64,000 nucleotides of DNA from a virus (Duplodnaviria; Heunggongvirae; Uroviricota; Caudoviricetes): IMG/VR virus record IMGVR_UViG_3300049044_000033, positions 94,796-158,795 of that record; one strand, given 5' to 3'. The notes beneath the pieces were generated by a model. That model saw nothing but the letters and a program-made list of their open reading frames with translations, had not been told where the DNA came from and ran no database searches. Of this stretch, positions 27,292-37,107 are shown one piece after another (the first letter of the stretch is position 1; each line of letters starts with the position of its first letter). Position numbers and translations under genes: made by a program.

Positions 27292-27567
27292 TCAACTGTA
27301 TGTCAGCTTAAAAAGCATCGCTGCCTTTGGATCATCGAAAAAGAAATGAGCCACACGCTGTTGACCCATAAGCCACTGATTACTGTATTCGAAATGTTTA
27401 ATCCGTCCATCATCTATCCAAGTCTGAACCTCATCCACTGGGATCGTTTCAAAAAGCAATTTCTGCATACTGAACGAACTTCCCGGCTTCTGCGGAACAT
27501 CGACTATGGTCTGTTTGCTCTTCATGGTTTTATGAAAGGGCACGGAAATTTGAATAAGGTCATCCAT
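27292..27567 (-). CDS. Small protein of the 'AAMLFKLT' family
   Basis: C-terminal FFFDDPKAAMLFKLTYS. Confidence 0.72.
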   Translation of the reverse strand: MDDLIQISVPFHKTMKSKQTIVDVPQKPGSSFSMQKLLFETIPVDEVQTWIDDGRIKHFEYSNQWLMGQQRVAHFFFDDPKAAMLFKLTYS

Positions 27568-27598
27568 ATTCTGACTTAACGGCTAGAAAGGTGTATTG

Positions 27599-27799
27599 TC
27601 AACCCCAAGCCAATTTGAAGTGGATAGCCCGCTTACGATTAAGGAAACTAGCACAAAGGACATAGGTCAGAGGTTCAACGCTCATAAGCGAGAAGGATGT
27701 AGAGGCCGCATAGTTGTCGGCAAACTCAGAGGCTTCTTGGTATTCTTCCTCCGACAATACTCGGCTTTCGAGGATAAAGGACTCAGACAAAATGTTCAC
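27599..27799 (-). CDS. Small protein of the 'FKL.W' family
   Basis: C-terminal FLNRKRAIHFKLAWG. Confidence 0.65.
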   Translation of the reverse strand: MNILSESFILESRVLSEEEYQEASEFADNYAASTSFSLMSVEPLTYVLCASFLNRKRAIHFKLAWG

Positions 27800-28202
27800 T
27801 CCAAGTCATCTTGAACCACGCTGCTGTGCTCTTATCATTGAGGGTGATTACAAAGACTTGAGTTGTGAGGTCTCCAAGAGCAATTCCCAAAACACCTAAG
27901 TGATTGGAATTCGCCGGATCAGGTTTTACATCTCGCTTCTCGACTCGAAGCCCGTAGAGAAAGTTCATAGCCTCAAGCCACTTAACAGCGGGATGAGTTT
28001 TTGCGGCAGCTAGACGGGCTTCTTCCCAGCCCTGAGGATTACTCTCCAGGTTGCGAATATGTCTCAATTCGGAGACCGCATCGGGTAGAGGCATTTTGAG
28101 GTACTTCGCCTTCTTAATGAGGGCGCGTTCCATTTGTTCGATCTTAATTTTCTTAGGAGGTTTGACGACAGTTTGGTCTAACCGTAACGCAAACTCATAC
28201 AT
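27783..28202 (-). CDS. Protein of the 'FKL.W' family
   Basis: C-terminal LNDKSTAAWFKMTWS. Confidence 0.7.
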   Translation of the reverse strand: MYEFALRLDQTVVKPPKKIKIEQMERALIKKAKYLKMPLPDAVSELRHIRNLESNPQGWEEARLAAAKTHPAVKWLEAMNFLYGLRVEKRDVKPDPANSNHLGVLGIALGDLTTQVFVITLNDKSTAAWFKMTWSEHFV

Positions 28203-28226
28203 GATAGTTGCTCCACTGGTAGACTC

Positions 28227-28892
28227 CTAACCCGAATTAAGGATCTCTTCAGGCTTATCTCTCAAGATAGTCCGTTCCAGATCCAAGTTTGCGATTGCGT
28301 GATGAACCAACTGTCGAGCCTGATGGGTGTAAAACATCGACTTTGGATCAACAGTATCGAGGAATGCTTGGCGACCTTTCAGATAGGCTTCCTTACCAAA
28401 GCCCTGATATTCCCGCCAAACATTCTTCGCATAGTCGAGGTAATGATGATCAGGGCACAGGAAGATGTGCATGTCTGCGTCACTCATCATCTTGTAGATC
28501 AAGGACGCATTTGCCTCGACCTTGTGAGCAGCGGTCATACGAATCAAGTCAGCTACTTTGTGACTACCAAGGAGCAGCTTGCCATTCAACCCGGAGGCTT
28601 TTGAATATTCCTCCCAAGCCTGAGCCGACAATTCCTCGTTGTCTTTTCGATTCACATCGTAGAAAATATCGTGATAGAACAGAGCGAACTTGACCAAAAC
28701 GGCGTCACTGCCTGATCCATAATTGCGATTTACGAATCGGATACATTCGGCAATATGCTGAAATGTATGATAGAAACGACCAGGCTCACTATAGGCCTTC
28801 TTGAGTTTCTTAAACTCGCTCAGGGAGGGCCAAGCACCCACGTGGCGATGTGCCTTATACCACTCCCAGAAAAGAAACAAGTCGTTCTTCAT
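28227..28892 (-). CDS. HD-superfamily metal-dependent phosphohydrolase (TAG stop)
   Basis: YSEPGRFYHT..HI, ALFYHDIFYD...DNEELSA, T..H, DAD, VWREY. Confidence 0.85.
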   Translation of the reverse strand: MKNDLFLFWEWYKAHRHVGAWPSLSEFKKLKKAYSEPGRFYHTFQHIAECIRFVNRNYGSGSDAVLVKFALFYHDIFYDVNRKDNEELSAQAWEEYSKASGLNGKLLLGSHKVADLIRMTAAHKVEANASLIYKMMSDADMHIFLCPDHHYLDYAKNVWREYQGFGKEAYLKGRQAFLDTVDPKSMFYTHQARQLVHHAIANLDLERTILRDKPEEILNSG

Positions 28893-28928
28893 AATCACTC
28901 TCCGACCCATTATAAGTCTTTTTGGACT

Positions 28929-29270
28929 TTATTCAATAGGCTTTTCGCCTATGCTATTAAGCATGTTGTCTTGGTCTGCTAGAAAGCGTCGATCCCTGAT
29001 CGCGGAAGTCATATCCATAAGATCGTGGCACTCCCTGTTGGTAAAGACTTTGTCGGCCTTTGCCTTCAGGATAAACATCCTTACCTCGGGGTAGGCCTCG
29101 TAGGATGACTCGAAGATACTGTAGCAGGAATAGTCTGCTCGTTTGTTGTCATTCTTATGCCTTGCCAAATAGTTGATTCCAGCAACAGTGCCGATAATCA
29201 CAGCAGCAACACTCAGACCTAATGCAGGCGGCCAAAGACACCAAATCAAACCACGAAACGACGACTTCAT
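28929..29270 (-). CDS. Membrane-anchored hypothetical protein
   Basis: N-terminal TM helix. Confidence 0.65.
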   Translation of the reverse strand: MKSSFRGLIWCLWPPALGLSVAAVIIGTVAGINYLARHKNDNKRADYSCYSIFESSYEAYPEVRMFILKAKADKVFTNRECHDLMDMTSAIRDRRFLADQDNMLNSIGEKPIE

Positions 29271-30848
29271 TTAACAACTTTCCTCGACTGTATATTGGCG
29301 CAATAGACCAATGGTGTTTTCCAAACCATAGGCTTCGACGAATGCGCCGAACCTCGGACCATCGCTCGAACCAAGTAGACATTCATAAAGTGCCTGGAAC
29401 CAGGAGCGTAGAGGAGAAAAGTTATGTGCCTTTCCTACTTCATAGACTTGGAACTGGAAATGCTCAGCTGACATATTGGGCACCATGCCCTCTAGTCGAT
29501 TAGCTAGGTCTTCAAACGCAGCTCGCTCTTGTTCCGTTGGTGCTCGACAATCGCGATCATACAATCCACAATCAGCAGCATAGCGACAAACCCGCTCAGC
29601 TAGTGAATTAAGGATGACCTTTTCACTGTGAACTAGTCCCCGACTAGTTGCTAGATAGGCCAACAAGGTCTTGGCATCCCGACTCTGACTCACAATAGCT
29701 AGGTTGAGAAGGAGGCCAAAGTTTACATTTTCGACCGTTCGCCAGCCAGTATAGGTTGCCCTCCAGAACCAACTTGCGTCGTTGGGAGAAGGCTCACCTT
29801 GCTCCTTCAACTTGATCGCCGTATCCTCATTTTGAGGAACAAGGTTAATATGGAGAGGCTTGGCAGCCTTGGGGTTCTGGAACAGGAAGGTCATCAGAGA
29901 TTCCTTGGAACCATAGGTCAGCCACTCCTCCATCGAGAAGCCATTGCCTACAGTCTTGCTGATCTTCTTGCCCTCTGCGTCAAGGAAGAGCTCGTAGGTC
30001 ATTCCAGCCGGAGGGGTCCCGCCAAGAATGCGACAAATCTTTGCTGACGCCTTTACGGAATCGATAAGGTCCTTGCCTGACATTTCATAGTCCACATCAA
30101 AGTGGACCCAGCGCATTGCCCAGTCGACCTTCCACTGAAGCTTGGTCTGGCCATCGTGGATGCTGAGTGCAGCGCCATCGAGGGAGTCCAAAACGATATA
30201 GCCAGGATGGTCATCCAGCTTAACGCCACAATCAATGACCTTGCTACCAATAACCGGCATGAAGGGGCTATAGGCGGCACGACGCTCCTCACCTAAAGTG
30301 GGCAGCATTACAGCCTGAATCTTATCGTAATTGTCCCACACGCGATCCAGCATAGCATTAAACTTGCCGGCCTTGTAATACTCAGTTGAGCTCACAAAGG
30401 AAACACGCGAACGTTCAGGGGATGAGCCGACTTGACTACCATCATAGTCCTTCAGGATATCATCCACAAATTCCAAGAGCTTCATGTTATTGTCGGATGC
30501 GAATGTGCCAGAACTCAAAGGGTCTGGACTGGGCACAGATGACAGCGGCTTACCTAAGTGGTCATTCATCCACTCGGGCAATCCTTCAGGGACCTTCCGC
30601 ATTGCGTCATAGTCGTCAGAGAACAAGATCAGACGAGTCTTGTAGGCAGATTCCGTAAGGGTATCAAATGCCTTCATAACCCAAAGGGTGCGGATCACTT
30701 CTGCGAACGTGCCAATATGCGGAGGACCGGAGGGTCCATATCCTGTCTCGAAGGTCACAACGTCGCCAGGCTTCTTCCCCTTGCGCTCGATATGAGCCAA
30801 TAGGGTTCGGGCTTCCTGAAAGGGCCACGATCGAGCCGGTTCTGTCAC
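29271..30848 (-). CDS. lysK: Class I lysyl-tRNA synthetase (alphaproteobacterial type)
   Basis: SWPFQEAR, ETGYGPSG.PHIGT, FSDD.D..RKVP, KLQWKVDWAMRW, DYEMSGKDL, KISK..GNG, WF.ALYE.LLG...GPRFG. Confidence 0.95.
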   Translation of the reverse strand: MTEPARSWPFQEARTLLAHIERKGKKPGDVVTFETGYGPSGPPHIGTFAEVIRTLWVMKAFDTLTESAYKTRLILFSDDYDAMRKVPEGLPEWMNDHLGKPLSSVPSPDPLSSGTFASDNNMKLLEFVDDILKDYDGSQVGSSPERSRVSFVSSTEYYKAGKFNAMLDRVWDNYDKIQAVMLPTLGEERRAAYSPFMPVIGSKVIDCGVKLDDHPGYIVLDSLDGAALSIHDGQTKLQWKVDWAMRWVHFDVDYEMSGKDLIDSVKASAKICRILGGTPPAGMTYELFLDAEGKKISKTVGNGFSMEEWLTYGSKESLMTFLFQNPKAAKPLHINLVPQNEDTAIKLKEQGEPSPNDASWFWRATYTGWRTVENVNFGLLLNLAIVSQSRDAKTLLAYLATSRGLVHSEKVILNSLAERVCRYAADCGLYDRDCRAPTEQERAAFEDLANRLEGMVPNMSAEHFQFQVYEVGKAHNFSPLRSWFQALYECLLGSSDGPRFGAFVEAYGLENTIGLLRQYTVEESC

Positions 30849-30916
30849 TTTTTCCTCCTTAATCTACCAAAGCAACGTAAAGCTATTATGTGAGCTGTCA
30901 ACCAATTTAGGGCAAA

Positions 30917-31363
30917 TCAGAGGATTTTACGTAACCGTTTGGCGCGGCCCGCTCGCCTCATATTATAATCCTTATCCGACTTATAAGCTTTGAATTCCGA
31001 CATAGTAAATTCAATTTCAGGCCATTTAGCCAGCTTCTTCATTATATGGGCTTCTACCCTTTTCGCGTAGGTGCGGTAGATTACCTCATTGGCTGTATGA
31101 ATCCTAAGGCTCTTCTTAAGGCGTATAACCTCACGCTTTGAAGGCTTAGCCTTCCTTCCCTTGTATTCTGGATCAAGCCTCCTTAGACCACGGTTTCTAT
31201 CCCTAGTCATAGACTGGCTATAACGGTGATAACTGTAGTAGGTCAACATGTAGCCCATGAGGCTCACGACCTTTGCGTGGGCGTTTTCCATACCTGCTTG
31301 CTCAAGTAGAGGGATGAAGAATGTTGGCTTCTTATAAAGCTGCTCAATAGAAGGTTTCATCAA
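30917..31363 (-). CDS. Hypothetical highly basic protein
   Basis: ATGA coupling. Confidence 0.65.
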   Translation of the reverse strand: MMKPSIEQLYKKPTFFIPLLEQAGMENAHAKVVSLMGYMLTYYSYHRYSQSMTRDRNRGLRRLDPEYKGRKAKPSKREVIRLKKSLRIHTANEVIYRTYAKRVEAHIMKKLAKWPEIEFTMSEFKAYKSDKDYNMRRAGRAKRLRKIL

Positions 31364-31656
31364 ACTACCTTTGTCAAAATGCCGTAAATGTTTTTACGAG
31401 CCGTCCAGCCATTCACATGACCGTGGTTATTGGAGATCTGAAATTGGTCCCCACGAACAGCAGAAACTAAGTGAAGGTATTGATTACCTCGCACCCTGCA
31501 GAGCACAATGTCTCCTTTCTGAGGATCCCTAGACGCTGGCTCCACGGTGCAGAGTTGCCCGGAGGAAATCTTGCCAGTCATAGAGTTTCCACGGGGACGA
31601 AACTCAACGGTTTTGCCCTCTTGGAGATCCTTAATAAGATGTGTTGCCCAGCTCAT
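31360..31656 (-). CDS. S24/S26 peptidase-like protein
   Basis: GNSM...GDIVL......HLV pattern. Confidence 0.7.
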   Translation of the reverse strand: MSWATHLIKDLQEGKTVEFRPRGNSMTGKISSGQLCTVEPASRDPQKGDIVLCRVRGNQYLHLVSAVRGDQFQISNNHGHVNGWTARKNIYGILTKVV

Positions 31657-31835
31657 TTGGCTTTAACGACCTCCACACAGCGATAGCTGCCGACCATCTG
31701 ACTAGCTTTCTCCCATGACCTACCAACTCGGTGACAGTCAGAGACGCTAGCCAAGTTATCAACAGCAGTCACAGTAGGACTATAGCTACCGCCCATGCTT
31801 GCGTAATAGAGGATACAGACCCATGCTTTTATCAT
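31653..31835 (-). CDS. Small hypothetical protein
   Basis: Leaderless promoter; two Cys. Confidence 0.6.
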   Translation of the reverse strand: MIKAWVCILYYASMGGSYSPTVTAVDNLASVSDCHRVGRSWEKASQMVGSYRCVEVVKAK

Positions 31836-31868
31836 AAGACCTACACTAAAGGGTAGGTCAGCTATGCG

Positions 31869-32333
31869 TCAATTTTTGTCCAAATAATGCTCAAGCATGT
31901 TGGTAATACCTAGCTTGATATTACCCTTTCCCGCTGCGGCTTCCATGAGCTGGAAGGTAGTTTCGCTAGGGCTGAAAAGCTGATCACATCCATAACCCTG
32001 TGGACCAGAGTTCTTGTGACGTTTAACGACTACTCCTGAATCAATCAGCAATTTTAGTGCCTTATCCACTTCAGGACGAGTTAGCCAATAGAAGGCAAAG
32101 CCCTTAAAGTCAGGGTCTAGGACCCGTTGGATCTCCGCACCGTCTGCATAATAGCTCATTTCACCCATCAGCATCTTACGGATTAAAATCAGTCGGATAG
32201 CCATAAAGATGGTCACCGCGAATCCGATTTGATGATGTGATCGACGTTTATACCAGAAATCATCCGAGTAGAAAACCCTACTCGATAACATCTTCCGGAA
32301 GAATGCTTCGTCGATCTGAACTGTTTCACTCAT
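31869..32333 (-). CDS. Hypothetical, possible winged-helix protein
   Basis: EVDKALKLLIDSGVV pattern. Confidence 0.6.
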   Translation of the reverse strand: MSETVQIDEAFFRKMLSSRVFYSDDFWYKRRSHHQIGFAVTIFMAIRLILIRKMLMGEMSYYADGAEIQRVLDPDFKGFAFYWLTRPEVDKALKLLIDSGVVVKRHKNSGPQGYGCDQLFSPSETTFQLMEAAAGKGNIKLGITNMLEHYLDKN

Positions 32334-32459
32334 AAGTTAGCCGTAGCACATTTCGTCGCTTTGTCAGCCTTTTTCTTCCTAGAATACCCAATTTATTGAA
32401 AAAGGTGAATCGGAAATGTATAACTATATTAAGAAAAAGAGTTAACCAAAGAAGGTACC

Positions 32460-35400
32460 ATGAAGTTCGCCCCTAAACAAATTGACTTCACAAAACCGAT
32501 CGAAATGCTCGGTGGGCAGATTCTGCTCAGCAGTGGCACGGCAGCTGACCCTGGTTTAGCGTTTGATGATAGTTCAGATTCTGGACTTTACCTCGAAGAT
32601 GGCAGCGTATGTCTATCAGTCGGCGGGGTTCAAGTCTTAGAAGCAGCAGAAGATGGTATCCTTCGCTTTACTGGCAACAGGGCGACTAAGGTTTCTGTCG
32701 GCACTACAGAACAGAGACCGATTCCTGAAAATGGTATGATTCGCTATAACAGCGATACTGATACCTATGAGATTGTTAGGGATGAATTATGGGATACTTT
32801 GGTCCTAAGTTCGGACAGTCGTCTCAGTAACGCGGGACAGGTCATTGTTTGTAAGAACCCCGGTGCTGGAGAATTCTCTAGCGTTAAGGCAGCAGTTGAA
32901 TCAATCGACGCTGAGGTTCTTTCCCCATCCTCGCAGGTTCAGATTAAAGTCTATCCTGGTGTTTATGTGGAAAATCCATTTAGTGTGCCTCCATATGTTC
33001 ACATCACCGGTGAACAAGCTGACAACTGCCAGCTTGTAGCAGCAAATCCTGATGCCGATTTCATTGTTGTTAAGAACGCTTCGTCATTCGAGAACTTAAT
33101 CATCTATGGTGCCAACGGTGTTAATGGCGCTGGTATGCACATCACTGGTGTAATCGATCCCATCCCTGGTATTGATGTTTCTTATCCAGTTTCTCTGCGC
33201 AATGTTAGCTTTGCAGATAATATGGTTCATCTGCAAGTTCACAATCACAATAGTGACCTTCAAACTTCAGTTACAGCATCCAATCTCTCGATTACCTTTG
33301 TGGATGGCAACAAGCGTGGTATTGAGGTTCTGTCCGATGATGGGAAGGCTTGTAAGCTTTTAGTCAATGACCTCAATATCGACAGTGGTTCGGAAGATCT
33401 AACTGAAGCAGTCTATGTTAGTGGCGCTGGCGCAGTTTGCGTCATAAATGGCTTCTCTGTCTCCAATTCAGTCCCTAACCCCACTCCAGTAGAATCTTAT
33501 GACAAGTATCTGCCGATTGGTTCTGGTATTAGACTACGTGATGGCGCTATAGGACAGTTTTTCTCCGGTGCAATTGATTCTTTCGAGAAGAACATCTGGG
33601 TTGAAAATGCCGGTGCAGCACCAGTCCTAATTGCTCAAGCAGTGTCGGTCCCAGGTTCTGGCTCCTATAATTTGCTTGTTGAGCATCCACTAACTATTGG
33701 ATCATTCAATGGTAGCGCTCTCAAGGATAAGATCTTTGTTGAGAGTCCTTCTGATCCTAATATTGATAGCCAATTTAATCTATCGTTTCAGGATCCTGCG
33801 AGTGGAGATTTTGTAAATCTCGGCGGATTGGTTCTAGGAAATAGCTATGACAACTTAGTAGATGTAACTGAGATGATCACTCAGGGTGCTCCTATGGGCA
33901 TCGTGACCGGTGGTGTTATGTCTGCTGGTGATCCCTTCGAAGTAAATGTCTCAGCAGGCTATGGTTATATCGATGCAGGTGGCACCGCAGCGCCGGGCCA
34001 TGTAAAGAGGCTCGAATGGGATGATACCTCAATTGCCCTTACTAGTGAGAGTGTAAACTTCGTTTACTTCACCGCCAATGGGGTTTTATCGGCCTCTTCT
34101 ACAATCCCTGCTCCTTTGGAAGCAATCGTCCTCGGTCGAGTTATTATGACAGGCGATGGTATTGGCCCAGTGATTGAGAATGTTCCAACGAACGCTCGCC
34201 ATCCTACCAATAGCATGAACCGCATGATGCGTCAGGTAGCTGGTTCGATTTATCAATCAGGTAGCGTAGTCTCAGAAAACGCTACAAATCCTCGCAAGAT
34301 TGATGTCACACCTGGTATCTATTGGTATGGAGATAAGCGCATAACACCGCAGGGTGGAACAGCCCTAACGATCTACCAAGTCATGAGTGGAGATGGATTC
34401 ACTTATTCACCGATTACAGTTATTCCAAACAACATCTATGATCTCAATGGGGTCTCTACCCCATTGCCTACTGGCAAATATGTAAAACATGCCCTCTGGA
34501 CTGTAGGTGAGGGAACTGGCGAATCTTGGGCTTTGTCGCCAGGTCAGGTTGTCTTTGACACTGTTTTGGAAGCTGAGACTGGAGTGGTTCCTACACCTCC
34601 TGCTACTTTTGGAAATAGTTTTGCTCTAGTAGCCTTGCTGGTAATGCAGGAAGGCGTAAATGAGATCGTGCAGATCTATGATGCGCGCTCTACCTTTGGT
34701 TTCAAGTCGCCAACTTTGAGTGCTAGTGCAACTCACGGAAACCTACTAGGTCTAGAAGCTGATGATCATCAACAATACCTGCTAGCTAATGGCGGCCGTC
34801 CTATGGCTGGCAACCTCGACATGGACAGTCACAACATCACAAACGTTGGACTGATCAATGGTTTGGATCTATCCACCCACGGTAGTCGCCATAACCCAAA
34901 TGGTGCTGATCCATTAGCCACTGGTGCACCTAATAGTGCCTTGACGCCTACGAGTCAGAATGGTGCAGGTATTGCTAACTCTTATGCGAGAAGTGACCAT
35001 ACACACCAGATCACTGGCTTCCAAGCTGAAAGCCTAGAACTGACTGGTATCTCAAACCTATCCACTCTGGGTTTGATTACAAGAACAGCTAGTGGCACAA
35101 TTACCACTAGGGCAATCACGGGAACAACTGATCAGATCAGCATCACCAATGGCAATGGTGTTAGTGGTTCTCCGACTATTGGATTGGCCAACAATCCAGT
35201 GGTTCCTGGTTCGGCTAGCATTACTTTGCCCGGGGGCACTTCTGCACTTAGACCTTCCACGCAGGCTGCTGGTATGTTGCGCTGGAATAGTACCCTTGGT
35301 GGACTAGAGTTCTCCAACGGTACTGCTTGGACCTCTGTTGAGACTCAAAAGACTTGGTCGTTTACTGGAGATGCTACTGGTTCAGGCAATGGTTCAATCG

Positions 35401-36506
35401 CCTTAACTCTAGCCAACGTAGCTACTGCGGGAACCTATAAGAGTGTTACCGTCGATTCTAAGGGACGAGTAACAGCGGGCACTAATCCAACTACTCTTGC
35501 AGGATACGGGATCACAGACGCCCTATTAGCTACCGAGGCAACTGCGACTGCCACAGCTAACAAATTGCTCAGGTTGGACGCTAACGGGCTTCTCCCGGCA
35601 TCTGTGACAGGAAATGCCGCTACTGCTACGAAGTTAGCTGTGGCTCGCACATTGTCCTTCACTGGTGATGCCACTGGATCTTTGACTTTCGACGGCTCTG
35701 CTAACGCAAGTGCCGCTCTTACATTGCCGAATACTGGTGTGATTGCAGGTAGTTATACTAGAGTCACAGTTGATGCTAAGGGTCGAGTCACTGCTGGTGC
35801 GGCAAGAACTATCACGGGAACAGCAAATCAGATCACTGTGACAAATGGTGATCAGTCGATTGGTAATCCCACTTTGTCGCTAGCTACCGATCCTATCATT
35901 CCAGGAACGGGAAGCTTGACTGTGCCATTGGGCACAACTGCTCAGCGACCCGCTTCTCCGACAACGGGCATGGTTAGATACAATTCTACCACTGACCGAC
36001 TCGAACTTTATAGGGCCGGATCTTGGAAGAATATTCAGGCGTATGATCCAGGACAGGGCGTAGTGGTTCAGGTCGATGCTGGTAACATTCCGGCTCTAAC
36101 GACTACTGGTCGTATTCCATATGATACATCTGTTCCTACAGTATCGGAAGGGACACAGGTGTTTTCCACGAGTTTCACGCCTCTGAGCAGTACCAGCATG
36201 ATCTCGATCAATATGGCTTGCACTGTTACCAGCAACGCATCTAGCGTTAACGTGGTTTTTGCATTGTTCCGCAATAGCACTTGTATCGGTGCAACAGTGG
36301 CTAGCTTCTCATTCAAGGCTAGTAACAATATGCAGTCAGTGGCTTTGCAAGTTCGAGACTTGCCAGCTTCAACAAACGCGGTTACATATAGTCTCAGGGT
36401 CGGTGCAGATGCTGCTTCGACTACCTATATCAATACAGCTCAAACAAATGTCTTAGGTGGCATGTTGTCTAACTCAGGCTGGGAAATTAAGGAGATCACA
36501 CAGTGA
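32460..36506 (+). CDS. Tail fibre/spike protein with pectin-lyase-like beta-helix region and repeated fibre modules
   Basis: GTT.QRP...GMIRYNS-type modules, FSSVKAAV...IKVYPGVYVE, YARSDHTH, GTYKSVTVDSKGRVTAGTNPTTLAGYGITDA. Confidence 0.88.
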   Translation: MKFAPKQIDFTKPIEMLGGQILLSSGTAADPGLAFDDSSDSGLYLEDGSVCLSVGGVQVLEAAEDGILRFTGNRATKVSVGTTEQRPIPENGMIRYNSDTDTYEIVRDELWDTLVLSSDSRLSNAGQVIVCKNPGAGEFSSVKAAVESIDAEVLSPSSQVQIKVYPGVYVENPFSVPPYVHITGEQADNCQLVAANPDADFIVVKNASSFENLIIYGANGVNGAGMHITGVIDPIPGIDVSYPVSLRNVSFADNMVHLQVHNHNSDLQTSVTASNLSITFVDGNKRGIEVLSDDGKACKLLVNDLNIDSGSEDLTEAVYVSGAGAVCVINGFSVSNSVPNPTPVESYDKYLPIGSGIRLRDGAIGQFFSGAIDSFEKNIWVENAGAAPVLIAQAVSVPGSGSYNLLVEHPLTIGSFNGSALKDKIFVESPSDPNIDSQFNLSFQDPASGDFVNLGGLVLGNSYDNLVDVTEMITQGAPMGIVTGGVMSAGDPFEVNVSAGYGYIDAGGTAAPGHVKRLEWDDTSIALTSESVNFVYFTANGVLSASSTIPAPLEAIVLGRVIMTGDGIGPVIENVPTNARHPTNSMNRMMRQVAGSIYQSGSVVSENATNPRKIDVTPGIYWYGDKRITPQGGTALTIYQVMSGDGFTYSPITVIPNNIYDLNGVSTPLPTGKYVKHALWTVGEGTGESWALSPGQVVFDTVLEAETGVVPTPPATFGNSFALVALLVMQEGVNEIVQIYDARSTFGFKSPTLSASATHGNLLGLEADDHQQYLLANGGRPMAGNLDMDSHNITNVGLINGLDLSTHGSRHNPNGADPLATGAPNSALTPTSQNGAGIANSYARSDHTHQITGFQAESLELTGISNLSTLGLITRTASGTITTRAITGTTDQISITNGNGVSGSPTIGLANNPVVPGSASITLPGGTSALRPSTQAAGMLRWNSTLGGLEFSNGTAWTSVETQKTWSFTGDATGSGNGSIALTLANVATAGTYKSVTVDSKGRVTAGTNPTTLAGYGITDALLATEATATATANKLLRLDANGLLPASVTGNAATATKLAVARTLSFTGDATGSLTFDGSANASAALTLPNTGVIAGSYTRVTVDAKGRVTAGAARTITGTANQITVTNGDQSIGNPTLSLATDPIIPGTGSLTVPLGTTAQRPASPTTGMVRYNSTTDRLELYRAGSWKNIQAYDPGQGVVVQVDAGNIPALTTTGRIPYDTSVPTVSEGTQVFSTSFTPLSSTSMISINMACTVTSNASSVNVVFALFRNSTCIGATVASFSFKASNNMQSVALQVRDLPASTNAVTYSLRVGADAASTTYINTAQTNVLGGMLSNSGWEIKEITQ

Positions 36507-37066
36507 GCGCGCCTAATCCTCTCTATTTGGAAATTATCGCAAGGTATTATCCAGATGCTAAAGTCTACACTAATGTTCCAATCAACTATGCTTATTCTGA
36601 TCTCATTTGGGAAACTGACCCTATACCAGAAGCCGATTTATTGAATCTGCGTTTGCAGATGATTAAGGATATTATGAAAGATATCCTTAATACTAGACGT
36701 GAAAGGTTCTTGAAGACTGGTTTTTGGTATCAGGGTTATCTCTATGACTGTGATGATATCTCGAGGACCAACGTAACTGGTGCTTGCGCGGGTATTCTCT
36801 TAGGAGAAGATCTCCCATCAGGCTTTACTTGGAGGGACAAGAACAATAATAACCATCCCTTCGATACAGCTAGGATGAAGCATTTTGCTCTTCAAATGCT
36901 CAAATGGATCACAACAGTGTATCAAACTTCATGGTATGTAAAAGAGCAAATCCAAGCCATGACTGATGCAGAAGCCATCAAGTCATTCCCACTTGATGCC
37001 TACTGGCCTGACAATAACTTTGACAATTCTAAACCTGCTCCGGGAGATCCCGCTCCTCCGCTTTGA
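36503..37066 (+). CDS. Tail-fibre-associated protein (DUF4376-like)
   Basis: GF...G..YDCD..SR.N....WRDKNN...; follows tail fibre with GTGA overlap. Confidence 0.7.
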   Translation: MSAPNPLYLEIIARYYPDAKVYTNVPINYAYSDLIWETDPIPEADLLNLRLQMIKDIMKDILNTRRERFLKTGFWYQGYLYDCDDISRTNVTGACAGILLGEDLPSGFTWRDKNNNNHPFDTARMKHFALQMLKWITTVYQTSWYVKEQIQAMTDAEAIKSFPLDAYWPDNNFDNSKPAPGDPAPPL

Positions 37067-37107
37067 CTCAATAAATATGACGTAACTCTATGTGAGGAGA
37101 TCGTCAT

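Noticed and set aside
32460-36506. Diversity-generating retroelement targeting the tail fibre
   Set aside because: No reverse transcriptase or TR/VR pair seen; repeats are diverged protein modules
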